A stretch of DNA of 64,000 bases from Longimicrobiales bacterium (GCA_965204735.1 OZ242008.1:1408001-1472000), one strand, 5' to 3'; counted from the stretch's first letter, positions 19,787 through 33,090 are shown. Numbers and translations: made by a program. Notes: generated from the sequence alone by a model not told the origin.

Positions 19787-22206
19787 GGGGCCGACCCGTC
19801 GCGCGGCTGCCCGTCCATGATGCTCGGCAAGCAGCCGAGCCAGCGGTCGCCGAGGGCCGCCAGCGAAAGGCGGAGGAGCGAAGAGGGGGTCGAGACTTCG
19901 AGGGCTGCTCCCTTGTCGCCCACCACCCCGATTCGGCGAGCCGGCACGCCGTGTTCGGCGGCGATGGAGAGCACGGCGTCGGCGTTCCCGGGTCGGCAGC
20001 TGGCCACGACCCGGCCGTGGTCCTCGCCGAAGAGGAGGGCCGTGTCGGTCAGCTCGTCGTCGAAGCGCACCGCCGCGCCCAGGCCCGGCCCGCGCCTGGG
20101 ACGCCCCAGGCAGCACTCGGCCAAGGCGGCGGCCAAGCCTCCGCACGAAACGTCGTGGGCCGACGCCAGCAGCCTGCGCCGGGCCAGCGCCAGCAGGCAG
20201 CGCTGCAAGGCCCGCTCCACCTCCAGCTCCACGGCGGGAGGCTCGCCGGCGGTCACGCCGTGCACCCAGTAGAGGTACTCGGAACCGCCCAGCTCGCCCC
20301 GATTGGTTCCCAGCTGCACCACCGCGTCCCCCGGGCGTCGGAAGGCGTGGCCCACCAGTGCCGAAAGGTCTTCGACCACGCCGACCATTCCGATCACGGG
20401 AGTCGGGTGCACGGCCTTGCCCTCCGTCTCGTTGTAGAACGACACGTTGCCGCCCGTGACCGGCGTCCCGAAGAAGGCGCAGGCGTCGCGCACGCCCAGG
20501 ACGGCTTCCCGGAACTGATGGCGGATGCCGGGCTTCAGGGGGCTGCCGAAGTTGAGGTTGTTGGTCACCGCCAGGGGAACCGCGCCCGCGCACGCCAAGT
20601 TGCGGGCGGCCTCGGCCACGGCCCCCATCGCGCCGGAGCGGGGGTTGAGCCGCGTGTGGCGGCCGTTGCAGTCGGTCGTGGCAGCCACGCCTCGGTTGGT
20701 GCCCGGAATGCGGACGACCCCCGCGTCGCCTCCGGGACGGGCCGCCGTGGCTCCCCGCACCGTCGTGTCGTACTGCTCGTACACCCACTGCTTCGACGCC
20801 ACGTTGGGCGCCCCCACGACCGAAAGGAACGCATCCTCCAGGGCTCGCTCCCGCTCGGAGCTTCGGTCCACGGCCGCGCCGCCTTCGGGCGGGTCGCCGC
20901 CCTCGCTTTCGTCGGCCCCGGAAAGAGCGCCCGGCGGCTCCGTCCAGCGGGACAAGTCCATCGCCCGACGCGCCTTCGCTTCGGGCGACTCCTCGCCGGG
21001 CCGCTCGTAGGTGGGGCACTCCTCCGTCAGCGGCCGGGCGGGAATCTCCGCCACCACCACCCCGTCCTCCAGCACCGTGAACGCGCCCGTGTCCGTCACC
21101 CGTCCCACGACTGCGGCCTCCAGCTCCCACTTCGCCAGGATCGCCCTGACGGTGTTCTCCCGGCCCGCCCGGGCCACCACCAGCATCCGCTCCTGGGATT
21201 CGGAAAGGAGGATCTCGTAGGGAGTCATCCCCGGCTCCCGAACGGGCACCCGCGACACGTCGATCTCGACGCCCGTCCCCGACCGGCCCGCCATCTCGGC
21301 CCCGCTGGAGACCAGCCCGGCGGCCCCCATGTCCTGGATGCCCACGATCGCCCCGCTGCCGATCAGCTCCAGCGACGCCTCCAGCAGCAGCTTCTCGGTG
21401 AAGGGGTCGCCGACCTGCACTTGGGGGCGGCTCGACTCGCTCTCCGCCGACAGCTCGTCGGACGCGAAGGTGGCGCCGTGAATGCCGTCGCGGCCGGTTC
21501 GCGCGCCCACGGCCATGATGGGGTTGCCGACGCCCTCCGCCGTGCCCCGGATCAGGTCGTCCGTGCGCATGAGCCCCAGGCACATGGCGTTGACCAGCGG
21601 GTTGCCCTCGTAGCCCCGGTCGAACCACGCCTCGCCGCCTATGCTGGGGATGCCCACGCAGTTGCCGTAGTCGCCCACGCCCTTGACCACCCCGGCGAAG
21701 AGGTAGCGGACCCGAGGGCTGTCCAGGTCGCCGAAGCGCAGGGAGTTGAGCGTGGCCACCGGCCGGGCGCCCATGGTGAAGACGTCTCGGAGGATGCCTC
21801 CGACGCCCGTTGCCGCTCCCTGGTACGGCTCCACTGCCGAGGGGTGGTTGTGGGACTCGATCTTGAACGCCAGCGCCCATCCGTCGCCCACGTCCACCAC
21901 GCCCGCGTTCTCGCCCGGTCCCTGGATCACCCACGGCGCTTCCGTCGGCAGAAGGCGAAGGAGCGGCTTCGAATTCTTGTAGCCGCAGTGCTCCGACCAC
22001 ATGGCGGAGAACACTCCCAGCTCGGTGAACGTCGGCGTCCGCCCCAGAATGCCCAGCGCGTGCTCGTACTCCTCGGGCGAGAGGCCGTGCTCCTCGACGA
22101 GCGCGGCGGTGATCGGAGGGTCGCCGGGGCGGGGGAGGGGCGGCGAGGGGGTCGTCGAATCCGGGGCGGGCGCTCTCGCCGCCGCCCTGGTCGAGACCTG
22201 CGTCAT
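19783..22206 (-). CDS. purL: Phosphoribosylformylglycinamidine synthase subunit PurL
   Basis: [39 protein letters not shown]. Confidence 0.96.
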   Translation of the reverse strand: MTQVSTRAAARAPAPDSTTPSPPLPRPGDPPITAALVEEHGLSPEEYEHALGILGRTPTFTELGVFSAMWSEHCGYKNSKPLLRLLPTEAPWVIQGPGENAGVVDVGDGWALAFKIESHNHPSAVEPYQGAATGVGGILRDVFTMGARPVATLNSLRFGDLDSPRVRYLFAGVVKGVGDYGNCVGIPSIGGEAWFDRGYEGNPLVNAMCLGLMRTDDLIRGTAEGVGNPIMAVGARTGRDGIHGATFASDELSAESESSRPQVQVGDPFTEKLLLEASLELIGSGAIVGIQDMGAAGLVSSGAEMAGRSGTGVEIDVSRVPVREPGMTPYEILLSESQERMLVVARAGRENTVRAILAKWELEAAVVGRVTDTGAFTVLEDGVVVAEIPARPLTEECPTYERPGEESPEAKARRAMDLSRWTEPPGALSGADESEGGDPPEGGAAVDRSSERERALEDAFLSVVGAPNVASKQWVYEQYDTTVRGATAARPGGDAGVVRIPGTNRGVAATTDCNGRHTRLNPRSGAMGAVAEAARNLACAGAVPLAVTNNLNFGSPLKPGIRHQFREAVLGVRDACAFFGTPVTGGNVSFYNETEGKAVHPTPVIGMVGVVEDLSALVGHAFRRPGDAVVQLGTNRGELGGSEYLYWVHGVTAGEPPAVELEVERALQRCLLALARRRLLASAHDVSCGGLAAALAECCLGRPRRGPGLGAAVRFDDELTDTALLFGEDHGRVVASCRPGNADAVLSIAAEHGVPARRIGVVGDKGAALEVSTPSSLLRLSLAALGDRWLGCLPSIMDGQPRDGSAP

Positions 22207-22994
22207 GGGGACGCGGCGCCGGAGGCCGCGGTCGCTCCCGGCGCCGAAGCCGTCCCCGAAGCCGAGGCCTTCCCGGAGCCCGGGGCCGCCCCGTTCGCCC
22301 GGGGCCTCCCGGCGGGTCCCTTCGTCAGCGACTCGAAGAACGACAGCCCGTCGGCGGAGCCCAGGATCTCTTCCAAGGCCCGGTCCGGGTGGGGCATCAT
22401 TCCCAGGACGTTGCCCCGGGCGTTCACGATTCCGGCCACGTGGTTCAGGGAGCCGTTGGGGTTGACTTCGGCCGAGGCGTCGCCGTTGCGGTCGCAGTAG
22501 CGGAACGCGACGCAGCCTTCCGCCTCCAGCGCCTGGAGGACGGCCGGCTCGGCGCAGTAGGCGCCGTCGGCGTGGGAGAGGGGCATTCGGAGCACTTGGC
22601 CGGGTCGGTACGCCCTGGTGAAAGGCGTGTCGCAGCGCTCGACCCGCAGAAAGCAGTCGTGGGACTGGAAGCGGAGCGACCGGTTGCGCAGGAGAGCGCC
22701 GGGCAGCAGGCCCGCCTCGCACAGCACCTGGAAGCCGTTGCAGATCCCCGCCACGACTCCGCCGTCGGCCGCGAAGGCGGCCACCGCATCCATGATCGGG
22801 CTGAAGCGGGCGATCGCGCCGGGCCGCAAGTAGTCCCCGTGGGCGAACCCGCCGGGCAAGATCACCGCGTCGGCGTTCCCCAGGCTGCGCTCCCGGTGCC
22901 AGACGTAGCGGGGCTCGGCGCCGGCCAGCTCGACGGCGCGGAAGCAGTCCTGGTCGCAGTTGGATCCCGGAAAGGTGACGACGGCGACGTTCAC
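22203..22994 (-). CDS. purQ: FGAM synthase glutaminase subunit PurQ
   Basis: [27 protein letters not shown]. Confidence 0.95.
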   Translation of the reverse strand: MNVAVVTFPGSNCDQDCFRAVELAGAEPRYVWHRERSLGNADAVILPGGFAHGDYLRPGAIARFSPIMDAVAAFAADGGVVAGICNGFQVLCEAGLLPGALLRNRSLRFQSHDCFLRVERCDTPFTRAYRPGQVLRMPLSHADGAYCAEPAVLQALEAEGCVAFRYCDRNGDASAEVNPNGSLNHVAGIVNARGNVLGMMPHPDRALEEILGSADGLSFFESLTKGPAGRPRANGAAPGSGKASASGTASAPGATAASGAASP

Positions 22995-23263
22995 GGCGGC
23001 GGCTCTTCGACGGGCACGCTGGCGGTCACGCGGAACTCCTCGGTGACCGGGTTGGCCAAGAGCTTGCGGCACATCTGCCGCGCGCTCTCGGCCGCGGCCT
23101 CGGCGGATCCCGCGTCCACGTCCAGGTGGATCGCCTTGCCCACCCGCACGTCCTTCACCGAGTCCCATCCCAGCGAAGCGAGGGCGTGATGGACGGCCTT
23201 GCCTTGGGGGTCCAGCAGCCCCCGACGGGGAACAACCAGCACCTGGACGCTGAATCGGCTCAG
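22991..23263 (-). CDS. purS: FGAM synthase subunit PurS
   Basis: [26 protein letters not shown]. Start uncertain (CTG 23263 or GTG 23242). Confidence 0.9.
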   Translation of the reverse strand: MSRFSVQVLVVPRRGLLDPQGKAVHHALASLGWDSVKDVRVGKAIHLDVDAGSAEAAAESARQMCRKLLANPVTEEFRVTASVPVEEPPP

Positions 23264-24138
23264 GGGATGCGCTCCTTCCAGGCGCGGACCCTCGGGGAAA
23301 GATCGTCGTAGTCCACTTCCCGGGGCTCCAGGTCGTCGTCGTGGTCGTCGTCGAGCAAGGGGTCCCGCTCCGGCAAGCGTTCCAAGAGGCCCATGAAGAC
23401 CGACCTGCACAACCCCCAGGCGGTGTAGGCGATCAGGGACGGGAAGAACCAGTGGCGTGGAAAGATGACGGCCAGAGCCGCGCCCGCCGCCATCAGGGCG
23501 GTGACCGCCAGCCCCCTGCGGCTCCGCAAGGCGATGCGCGGCACCTTGGCGTAGGGGACGTGGCTCAGCATGAGGACCGACGACAGCACCATGATGATGA
23601 CCATGATCCGGGGCCAGGGCAGCGCGCCCAGATGCTGCTGGAAGAAGGCCGTCTCCGAGAACGGGTAGTGGGTCGCCAGGATCATCGCGGCGGTGGGCGA
23701 CGGGAGACCGTGGAAGTGCCGCTTCGCCTCGCCCCCCTGCTCCATGTTGAAGCGCGCCAGCCGGACCACTACGGCGGTCACGTAGGCGAAGCCGACGACC
23801 CAGCCCCAGTCCGACTCCTGAAAGTACAGGGTGACCATGATCAGGGCTGGTGCGACGCCGAACGACACCGCGTCCACCAGCGAGTCCAGCTCGGCGCCGA
23901 ACGCCGACCCTGTGCGGGTGAAGCGCGCGACCCTTCCGTCCAAGAGGTCGAGCACCGCCGCGAACACGATGAACCACCCGGCCCATGCGAAGTCGCCCCG
24001 GGTTGCCGCCACCATGGCGTAGACGCCGAAGAAGAGGTTGCCCAGCGTGAACGCCGACGGCAGGATGATCACGCCTCTTTGAAGGGTCTGGCGCGAGCGG
24101 CGGGGCACGCTCCGGAGGCGGCGGGCGGCGGGCTTCAT
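23260..24138 (-). CDS. pssA: CDP-diacylglycerol--serine O-phosphatidyltransferase
   Basis: PSAFTLGN, DLLDGRVAR...FGAELDSLVD, RLARFN, FHGLPSP. Confidence 0.92.
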   Translation of the reverse strand: MKPAARRLRSVPRRSRQTLQRGVIILPSAFTLGNLFFGVYAMVAATRGDFAWAGWFIVFAAVLDLLDGRVARFTRTGSAFGAELDSLVDAVSFGVAPALIMVTLYFQESDWGWVVGFAYVTAVVVRLARFNMEQGGEAKRHFHGLPSPTAAMILATHYPFSETAFFQQHLGALPWPRIMVIIMVLSSVLMLSHVPYAKVPRIALRSRRGLAVTALMAAGAALAVIFPRHWFFPSLIAYTAWGLCRSVFMGLLERLPERDPLLDDDHDDDLEPREVDYDDLSPRVRAWKERIP

Positions 24139-24812
24139 CGCGCGTTCGGAGGCATGCGGGCGACGGGAGACTCGCCGCCCCGCACCATGTCGCCCGGCGC
24201 CACCGCGACGGGCCACTCCGCCGGCACGAAGAGGTCCACCCTCGAGCCGAAGCGGATCAGACCGATCCGGTCGCCCTTGGAGAGCATGTCTCCCTCACGG
24301 GGATACGTGGCGATCCTGCGGGCGGCGAGCCCGGCGATCTGGCGAACGAGAACCGGTCCCCCCGGCGTCGCGATCCCCAGCGAGGCCCGTTCGTTCTCGG
24401 CGCCGGCCTCGGGCCGCCAGGCGGCCAGGAAGCGTCCGGCCCGGTAGCCGTACTCGACCACGGCGCCCTGGACGGGCGCGCGCTGGACGTGGACGTCGAA
24501 GATGCTCAGGAAGATCGCGATTCGCGTCGCGGCGCCTCCCATGAACGGTTCGTCCGTCACTGCGGTCACGCTCATGACCTTGCCGTCGGCCGGCGCCGTC
24601 ACCACCTCTTCGGCAGAGGGGGCGCGGCGCCGGGGGTCCCGGAAGAACCAGGCGCTGAAGACGGCGGCGCTTCCGGCGACCGCCGCCGCGACCGCCGCCC
24701 CCGTCGGGCGCCCGTCCGGGCCGGCGACCAACGCCCAAGCCAGCGCGGCCCCTGCGGCGAGCGCGCACGGCACGACGAACGGCCAGCCTTCCTTGGCCAA
24801 GGGCGACCTCAT
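24135..24812 (-). CDS. psd: Phosphatidylserine decarboxylase proenzyme
   Basis: FFRDP, APADG, IFLSIFDVH, QIAGLAARRI, IRFGSRVD. Confidence 0.92.
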   Translation of the reverse strand: MRSPLAKEGWPFVVPCALAAGAALAWALVAGPDGRPTGAAVAAAVAGSAAVFSAWFFRDPRRRAPSAEEVVTAPADGKVMSVTAVTDEPFMGGAATRIAIFLSIFDVHVQRAPVQGAVVEYGYRAGRFLAAWRPEAGAENERASLGIATPGGPVLVRQIAGLAARRIATYPREGDMLSKGDRIGLIRFGSRVDLFVPAEWPVAVAPGDMVRGGESPVARMPPNAR

Positions 24813-25771
24813 GCGCGGCTCGCCGCGTCCTCGAACGCCGGCGGCTCGTACTCTTCCGGCGCCGTGCCCACCAGGCGCCGGAAGAGCTCTCGGTAGCGCT
24901 CCGAAGCGGCTTCGGCCACCTCGGCGGGCAGGGAGGGCGCGGCCGGCCGGCGCTCCCACCCCGACTGGGCGGCCAGCCACTCCCGCACGGGTTGCTTGTC
25001 CAACGACGGCTGGGGCCTGCCCGGCGCGTACTGCTCCGCCGGCCAGTAGCGGGACGAATCCGGGGTGAGCGCCTCGTCGATCAGGAGGAGAGTTCCGTCC
25101 GCCGCGAAGCCGAACTCGAACTTGGTGTCGGCCAAGACCAATCCGGCCTCGGCCGCCCTCGCCCGGCCTCGCTCGTAGAGGTCCAGGGAGCGCTTTCGCA
25201 GGCGGCGAGCGGTCTCGTCGCCCACCAGGCGGGCAACGTGGGCGAAGGTGATGTTTTGGTCGTGGCCCTCGCGCGCCTTGGTCGCCGGGGAGAAGACCGG
25301 GGGCGACAGCGCGGCGCTCTCCTCGAGTCCCCGCGCCAGGGGCTCGCCGGCCAGCGTTCCGGCTTCCCGATACTCCTTCCACGCCGAGCCCGCCAGCCAT
25401 CCGCGCACGACGCACTCCACGGGCGCCGGACGCGTCCTCCGCACCAAGCTGGCCCGGCCTTCCCACCGGTCGCGGCACGCCGCCAGCGCCGGCGCCGCCC
25501 GTTCGATCTCGTCGTCCCGAACCGAGAGCAGGTGGTGCGGCACGTGGCGGAGGGGGCCCGCGAGCCACCAGGCGGTCAGCATCGTGAGCGCCCGCCCCTT
25601 GCCGGGAACGGGACGGTCCAGCACGACGTCGAAGGCGCTCACCCGGTCGCTGGCGACCATGAGCAGCCGGTCGCCGGGAAGTTTGTACACCTCCCGGACC
25701 TTGCCCCGCGCAACGAGGGGCAGGGGAAGCAGGCTCGCCGGCGCCGGCGCCCGGATCGTTTCGGTCATCAC
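24809..25771 (-). CDS. purC: SAICAR synthetase
   Basis: RGKVREVY, SDRVSAFD, ADTKFEFG, LTPDSSRYW, DKQ. Confidence 0.95.
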   Translation of the reverse strand: MMTETIRAPAPASLLPLPLVARGKVREVYKLPGDRLLMVASDRVSAFDVVLDRPVPGKGRALTMLTAWWLAGPLRHVPHHLLSVRDDEIERAAPALAACRDRWEGRASLVRRTRPAPVECVVRGWLAGSAWKEYREAGTLAGEPLARGLEESAALSPPVFSPATKAREGHDQNITFAHVARLVGDETARRLRKRSLDLYERGRARAAEAGLVLADTKFEFGFAADGTLLLIDEALTPDSSRYWPAEQYAPGRPQPSLDKQPVREWLAAQSGWERRPAAPSLPAEVAEAASERYRELFRRLVGTAPEEYEPPAFEDAASRA

Positions 25772-25775
25772 GTCG

Positions 25776-27238
25776 TCACACCCTCACTTCCGCGCCGCCG
25801 GCCCGCGCCGCCTGCGCCCCGCGGCGCTTCAGCACGGGGGCCACATGCTCCGTCAGAAAGGCGTCCACCTGCTCCGGCGCCCGGCCCACCAGCCCCTCCG
25901 GCCGGGCCAGCGCCTCGAGCTCGGCCTCGTCGAGGGGGATGGCTTCGTCGTCGGCGATGCGGGCGAAGAGGCCGCCGTCGGCGCTCGTCCGGCCGTCGCT
26001 CGGGGCGCCGCCGTCCTCGGCGAGCCGGCGCGCGGCGTCCAAGGCGTGGCGACGGATGCGCTCGTGGAGCTCCTGCCGGTCGCCCCCCGACGCCGACGCC
26101 TCCATCAGAACCGACTCCATCGCCATGAACGGCAGGTGCCGGGCCAAGTTCGCGGCCACGACCTGCGGGTTGACCCGGAGTCCTTCGGCCACGTTGGCCG
26201 CCAGCACGAGGGCCGCGTCCGTCGCCATGTAGGCGTCGGGGACCGCCAGTCGCTTCGCGGCCGAGTCGTCGAGGCTCCGTTCCAGCCATTGCGTCGCCGC
26301 CGTGTGGGCTGGACTCGCCGCCAGCGCGATCACGTGCCGGGCCAGGGCGCAGATCCGCTCCGAACGCATGGGGTTGCGCTTGTAGGGCATTGCCGACGAG
26401 CCGACCTGATCCTTCTCGAAGGGCTCTTCCACCTCCCGCAGGTGAGCGAGCAGACGCACGTCGTGAGCCGCCTTGGACGCCGAAGCGGCCACCCCGGCCA
26501 AGCACGACAGGAAGGCGTGGTCCACCTTGCGCGGGTAGGTCTGGCCCGTGACCGGGTAGCACGAATCGAAGCCCATGCGGCGGCAGACGGCCCTTTCCAG
26601 CGCGTCCACCTTGGCGTGGTCGCCCTCGAAGAGCTGAAGGAACGACGCCTGGGTGCCGGTGGTTCCCCGCACGCCTCGCAGCTTCAGCGTTCCCAGCCGG
26701 TGCTCGACCTCTTCCAAGTCCAGCAGGAAGTCCTGCATCCAGAGGGTGGAGCGCTTGCCGACGGTGGTCGGCTGGGCCGGCTGGAAGTGGGTGTACGCGA
26801 GGGCTGGAAGGTCCCGGTGGGCGCCCGCGAAGCGCGCGAGGACCGCGACGACGGCCACCAGTCGGTCGCGCACCAGCGTCATCGCTTCCCGGTGCTGGAC
26901 CAAGTCGGCGTTGTCGCCCACGAAGGCGCTGGTGGCGCCCAGATGGAGAACGCCCCGGGCGGCGGGGGCCACGTCGCCGAAGAGGTGGACGTGGGCCATG
27001 ACGTCGTGACGGAAGCGACGCTCGTACTCGGCGGCTCGATCCAGGTCGATCTCGTCCACTCCCTCGCGCATCTGTCGGACCGCCTCGTCCGAAACGGGCG
27101 CTCCCAGCTCGCGCTGGGACTCGGCCAGCGCCAGCCACAGCCGGCGCCACGTTCCGAACCGGAACGCCGGCGAGAAGATCCGCTCCATCTCCTTCGAGAC
27201 GTAGCGGGCCGCCAGCGGATGGGCGTAGCGCTCGCCCT

Positions 27239-27242
<4 letters not shown>
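25776..27242 (-). CDS. purB: Adenylosuccinate lyase
   Basis: RHDVMAH, HLGATS, THFQPAQ, GSSAMPYKRNP. Confidence 0.95.
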
Positions 27243-29548
<2,306 letters not shown>

Positions 29549-29646
29549 CCGGTGTTCCGAAGTGGGTTCGAGCGCAGTGCGGCCTACCGACGAATCTACT
29601 AGCTTTCCCGACCTCGCGACGACAGGGCGCACAGGAGGCGGCGGAG

Positions 29647-30795
29647 ATGACGAATCGGGCCGGTCCGAGGTCCCTGGACTCTGCGACCGCGGCGCCCCGC
29701 GCGCCCGCCGTCGAAGACTCCGCCGGCGCCGGCGCCCTGGTCCGCCACTTGGCGCGCGTCGCGAACGGGCGGGACCTGCCCAAGGCCGACGCCAAGGAGG
29801 CGTTCCGCCGCATCGTGTCCGGCAAGGCGTCGCCGGTCCGAACCGGGGCGCTGCTGGCGGCGATCGGCGCGAAGGGCGCGGCGGCTTCGGAGGTCGCCGG
29901 GGGCGTGGAGGCCCTGCGCGAGGCGATGGTGCCGCTGCCGACCACCGGCGCGGACGCCGACAAACTGGTGGACACCTGCGGCACGGGCGGCGGCGCGTCG
30001 ACCTTCAACATCTCCACGGCGGCCGCCCTGGTGGCCGCCGGCGGCGGCGTGCGGGTGGCCAAGCACGGCAACCGCTCCTTCACGTCCAGGTGCGGGAGCG
30101 CCGACGTGCTGGAAGCTTTGGGCGCGGTGGCCGACCTGCCGCCCGACTCCCTGGCCGAGGTGCTTGCCGAGAGTGGGATCGTCTTCATGTTCGCCCCCCG
30201 CTTCCATCCGGCCATGCGGCACGCCGCGCCCGTTCGCCGGGAGCTCGGAATCGCCACGATCATGAACCTGCTGGGCCCTCTGGCGAACCCGGCCGGGGCG
30301 CGGCGACAGGTGGTGGGCACGTCCGATCCGGCCTACGTGGGCCTGATCGTGCGCGCCCTGGCGGATCTGGGCCACGAACGGGCCCTCGTGGTCCACGGCG
30401 AGCCTGGGATGGACGAGGTCAGCCCGTGCGGTCCCACTCGGGTGGCCGAACTCGCCGCCGGGCTGGTCTCCGAGTACGAAGTGGCGCCGGGCGACCTGGG
30501 GATCGAGGCGGCGCCCGTGGAGGCGCTCAAGGGCGGCGACCCTGCCGAGAACGCCGCTGTCGTGCGGGCGGTGGTGGAGGGGCGGGAGCGGGGCGCCGCC
30601 CGCTCGGCCGTGCTGGCGAACGCTGCTGCCGCGTTCTACGTGGCCGGGAAGGCGGAGAGCTTGCGCCACGGAGTCGAGGCGGCGGCCCGTTCGATCGACT
30701 CGGGGGCAGCCGGGGCCGTGCTCCACGCCTTGGTCGCGGCGACCCGGCGCGCTGCACGCCAGCGACGGCCGGACACCTCGCCGCAACCCGGCTAG
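29647..30795 (+). CDS. trpD: Anthranilate phosphoribosyltransferase
   Basis: DTCGTGG, FNIST, KHGNRS, GSADVLE, GPLANP. Confidence 0.95.
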   Translation: MTNRAGPRSLDSATAAPRAPAVEDSAGAGALVRHLARVANGRDLPKADAKEAFRRIVSGKASPVRTGALLAAIGAKGAAASEVAGGVEALREAMVPLPTTGADADKLVDTCGTGGGASTFNISTAAALVAAGGGVRVAKHGNRSFTSRCGSADVLEALGAVADLPPDSLAEVLAESGIVFMFAPRFHPAMRHAAPVRRELGIATIMNLLGPLANPAGARRQVVGTSDPAYVGLIVRALADLGHERALVVHGEPGMDEVSPCGPTRVAELAAGLVSEYEVAPGDLGIEAAPVEALKGGDPAENAAVVRAVVEGRERGAARSAVLANAAAAFYVAGKAESLRHGVEAAARSIDSGAAGAVLHALVAATRRAARQRRPDTSPQPG

Positions 30796-30874
30796 TGGCA
30801 GCGGTGTGGTCCCGGTCGCCATTGTCCATTGCTCGGGAAGCGACGGCTTGGCGTCGTCGCCGTCCACTACTCCA

Positions 30875-31165
30875 CTACCGCCCCTCCGCGTCGCCGTTGC
30901 CGGCCACGGCCAGGAAGTCGTCGGCAGTGTCGCACTCCACGACCGCGTCCCCGACCCGCGCCAGCTGCTCGGCGCTCATGGAACGCACCCGCGCCTCCAG
31001 CCGTCGCGCCGTCTGGGCCCCGAACCGCCGCGAAGCCTGACGCAACAAGATCGCTCGGCCTTCCGCGCGCCCCTGCTCGAGCCCCCGTTCGAGCCCCTGC
31101 TCACGTCCCCGCTCGAGTCCCCGCTGCCGGTGGCCCTCCGCCCACTCCGCATAGGTCTGGCCCAT
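30875..31165 (-). CDS. Putative intragenic RpnS-type small protein (96 aa)
   Basis: AAGGAGGAG SD ending 6 nt before in-frame ATG 31165, at the start of the C-terminal repeat domain. Confidence 0.55.
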   Translation of the reverse strand: MGQTYAEWAEGHRQRGLERGREQGLERGLEQGRAEGRAILLRQASRRFGAQTARRLEARVRSMSAEQLARVGDAVVECDTADDFLAVAGNGDAEGR

Positions 31166-31957
31166 CTCTTGCTCCTCCTTCGGTTGGATGATCTGCTCCA
31201 CGATGTCCTCACGTGCCTCCTCCGGCACCCCCACCACACGCAGCCGCTCGTCCGTCCAGTCCGCGAACGCCTGCCGCTCTGCAAGATAGTCCGGGCCGGC
31301 CCACTGCTCCGCCATGCTCTGGTGCACCGCCGGAAAGTTCGTCCACGGGTCCTCCTCCAGCGCCGCGACCCAGCCCAGCACGCTCTCCCTGGGAAGCAAC
31401 CCTTGCGCCAGCGCCGACCGCAAGTCAAGCAGCCCGTAGCCGTGAGTGGTCGCCAAGCCGGCGACCGCCTGTGCCACGACCGGCGACGGCTCCTGCCTGC
31501 CTGCCAGCCCGGCCAGCGTCGTCTCGGCCGTCCATGGCCTCGTGCCAGTGTAGACGACGAACGAGAGCACGAGGGGCATGGCGCCGTCGGGGTCGCGCTG
31601 CCGCTCGAGCGTGTGCAGCACCGTGTAGGCGGCCTCGGTGTAGCGCAGCGTCCTGAGGACCATGCCCGGATCGACGGAGGACTGGAACTCGAAGAGGAAG
31701 ACGGCCGATCGACCGTCCTTGAAGCGGACGCGCCAAGCGCAGTCGCAGAGCCGGCGCCGCAGGTCGGGGCCCACGGTCTCGGTGGGGAAGGGGTCGGCGG
31801 CCGGCACGTCGAACTCGTCGGCCCAGCCCATGGCCGCGAGGTCGCGGACGAGGGCCACGCCGCCGCCCGTCGTGTTGAAGAGGCGCTTGTAGCTCTGGTC
31901 GTGGCGGCGGCGTTCCGGCTTGGGGGGAGAGGGCGGTTCGTTGGTGGAGGGGTCCAT
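30875..31957 (-). CDS. Rpn family recombination-promoting nuclease / putative transposase (YhgA-like) with DUF4351-like tail
   Basis: HDQSYKRLF, D...EFQS PD-(D/E)xK-like core, VYTG..PW, G(L/R)E(R/Q) repeats, RRFG C-terminal domain. Confidence 0.85.
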   Translation of the reverse strand: MDPSTNEPPSPPKPERRRHDQSYKRLFNTTGGGVALVRDLAAMGWADEFDVPAADPFPTETVGPDLRRRLCDCAWRVRFKDGRSAVFLFEFQSSVDPGMVLRTLRYTEAAYTVLHTLERQRDPDGAMPLVLSFVVYTGTRPWTAETTLAGLAGRQEPSPVVAQAVAGLATTHGYGLLDLRSALAQGLLPRESVLGWVAALEEDPWTNFPAVHQSMAEQWAGPDYLAERQAFADWTDERLRVVGVPEEAREDIVEQIIQPKEEQEMGQTYAEWAEGHRQRGLERGREQGLERGLEQGRAEGRAILLRQASRRFGAQTARRLEARVRSMSAEQLARVGDAVVECDTADDFLAVAGNGDAEGR

Positions 31958-32157
31958 GGCGGCGGCTCCAGTGCGTCCGAGACGAGAGGCGCTTCGGAGG
32001 CGTCGCGGACGGAGTTCCCCCGAAGCTGGCCGGGACGGTCTCCGGCCCTGGTCCTCAGTGTCTCACCGAGGATGCGCCATTTCCATGGCTGGATGGGACA
32101 GATTTTTTTTCGTCTCTTCCGGGCTGGCCCGGAGGCCCCGTCGAACGGCCTTCCGGG

Positions 32158-32343
32158 TCAGTGCACCGTGCTTCGGCGCCCGGCGTCGGCTCGGAAGTCG
32201 CCCCTCGGGTATGGGCGCGGCTTCAGCATCCGCACCGCCACCGCGCGGCTCCCCGCCGGCCCGCTACTTGTCCGGCTCCGGCTCGCGACCACGATCTTGG
32301 TCCGCTCCCGGTTCGCGTGTCCCACCACGAAGATCGTCCTCAT
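32158..32343 (-). CDS. Possible small basic protein downstream of lexA
   Basis: A-rich leader and GAGGG SD-like sequence before ATG 32343; no recognisable motif. Confidence 0.3.
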   Translation of the reverse strand: MRTIFVVGHANRERTKIVVASRSRTSSGPAGSRAVAVRMLKPRPYPRGDFRADAGRRSTVH

Positions 32344-32376
32344 CTTCACCCTCTCTTTCTTTTGCCGCCCGCCGGC

Positions 32377-32979
32377 CTAGAACCGGCGGATCAGTCCCAC
32401 CACTACCCCCCGAACCCGCACCCGGTTCCCTGGCGCCACGATCGGGTCCATCTCCGCGTTCGCCGGCTGCAGCCGGACCCGGTCGCCGGCCTCCCGGTAG
32501 AGCTTCTTGACCGTGGCCGCCTCGTCGTCCACCAGCGCCACCACCGTCTCCCCGTCCCGGGCCGTCTCCTGCGAGGCGACCACGATGTAGTCCCCGTCGC
32601 GGATCTGCTCGTCGATCATCGACTGGCCCGACACCCGCAGGACGAAGTGGTCCCGTCCGGGCCGCACCAGCTCGGCCGGCACCGGCAGGCTCTCCTGGTC
32701 CTCCACGGCCTCGATCGGCGCGCCGGCCGCCACGGTGCCCAGAAGGGGCAGCGAGACCGCCGCCGGCTCCTGGTCCGGAAACACGATCGAACGGCTTTCC
32801 CGGTACGCCTTTCGGATGTACCCCTTCCTCGCCAGATTCGAGACGTGCTCGTGGACGGTGGCGAGGGAGGTGAAGCCGAAGGCGCCGCAGATCTCCTCGT
32901 AGCTGGGCGCGTAGCCGTTCTCCTCGACGAACCCCCGGAGGAAGTCCAGGATCTCCTTCTGTCGCTTGGTCAGGGGCAT
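32377..32979 (-). CDS. lexA: SOS transcriptional repressor LexA
   Basis: LTKRQKEI, YAPSYEEI, VAAG cleavage site, GQSM catalytic Ser, TVKK catalytic Lys, LQPAN. Confidence 0.96.
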   Translation of the reverse strand: MPLTKRQKEILDFLRGFVEENGYAPSYEEICGAFGFTSLATVHEHVSNLARKGYIRKAYRESRSIVFPDQEPAAVSLPLLGTVAAGAPIEAVEDQESLPVPAELVRPGRDHFVLRVSGQSMIDEQIRDGDYIVVASQETARDGETVVALVDDEAATVKKLYREAGDRVRLQPANAEMDPIVAPGNRVRVRGVVVGLIRRF

Positions 32980-33052
32980 GACGGTTTCCTTGGTTGCAGG
33001 GAGCGCTTTCGTCTGCGCAAGGGCGCGCGGGCTCTCGCCGGGCGGCGTGGAA

Positions 33053-33090
33053 CCGAACATCTTCCGAAGCGTAACCGAATTCAGACCGAA
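33053..33090. promoter_or_regulatory. Candidate LexA operator: four CCGAA direct repeats, 11-bp period
   Basis: CCGAA at 33053, 33064, 33075 and 33086, overlapping the predicted promoter. Confidence 0.6.

Noticed and set aside
30875..31957. Insertion sequence
   Set aside because: No terminal inverted repeats or target duplication seen; Rpn/YhgA proteins are not demonstrated transposases.
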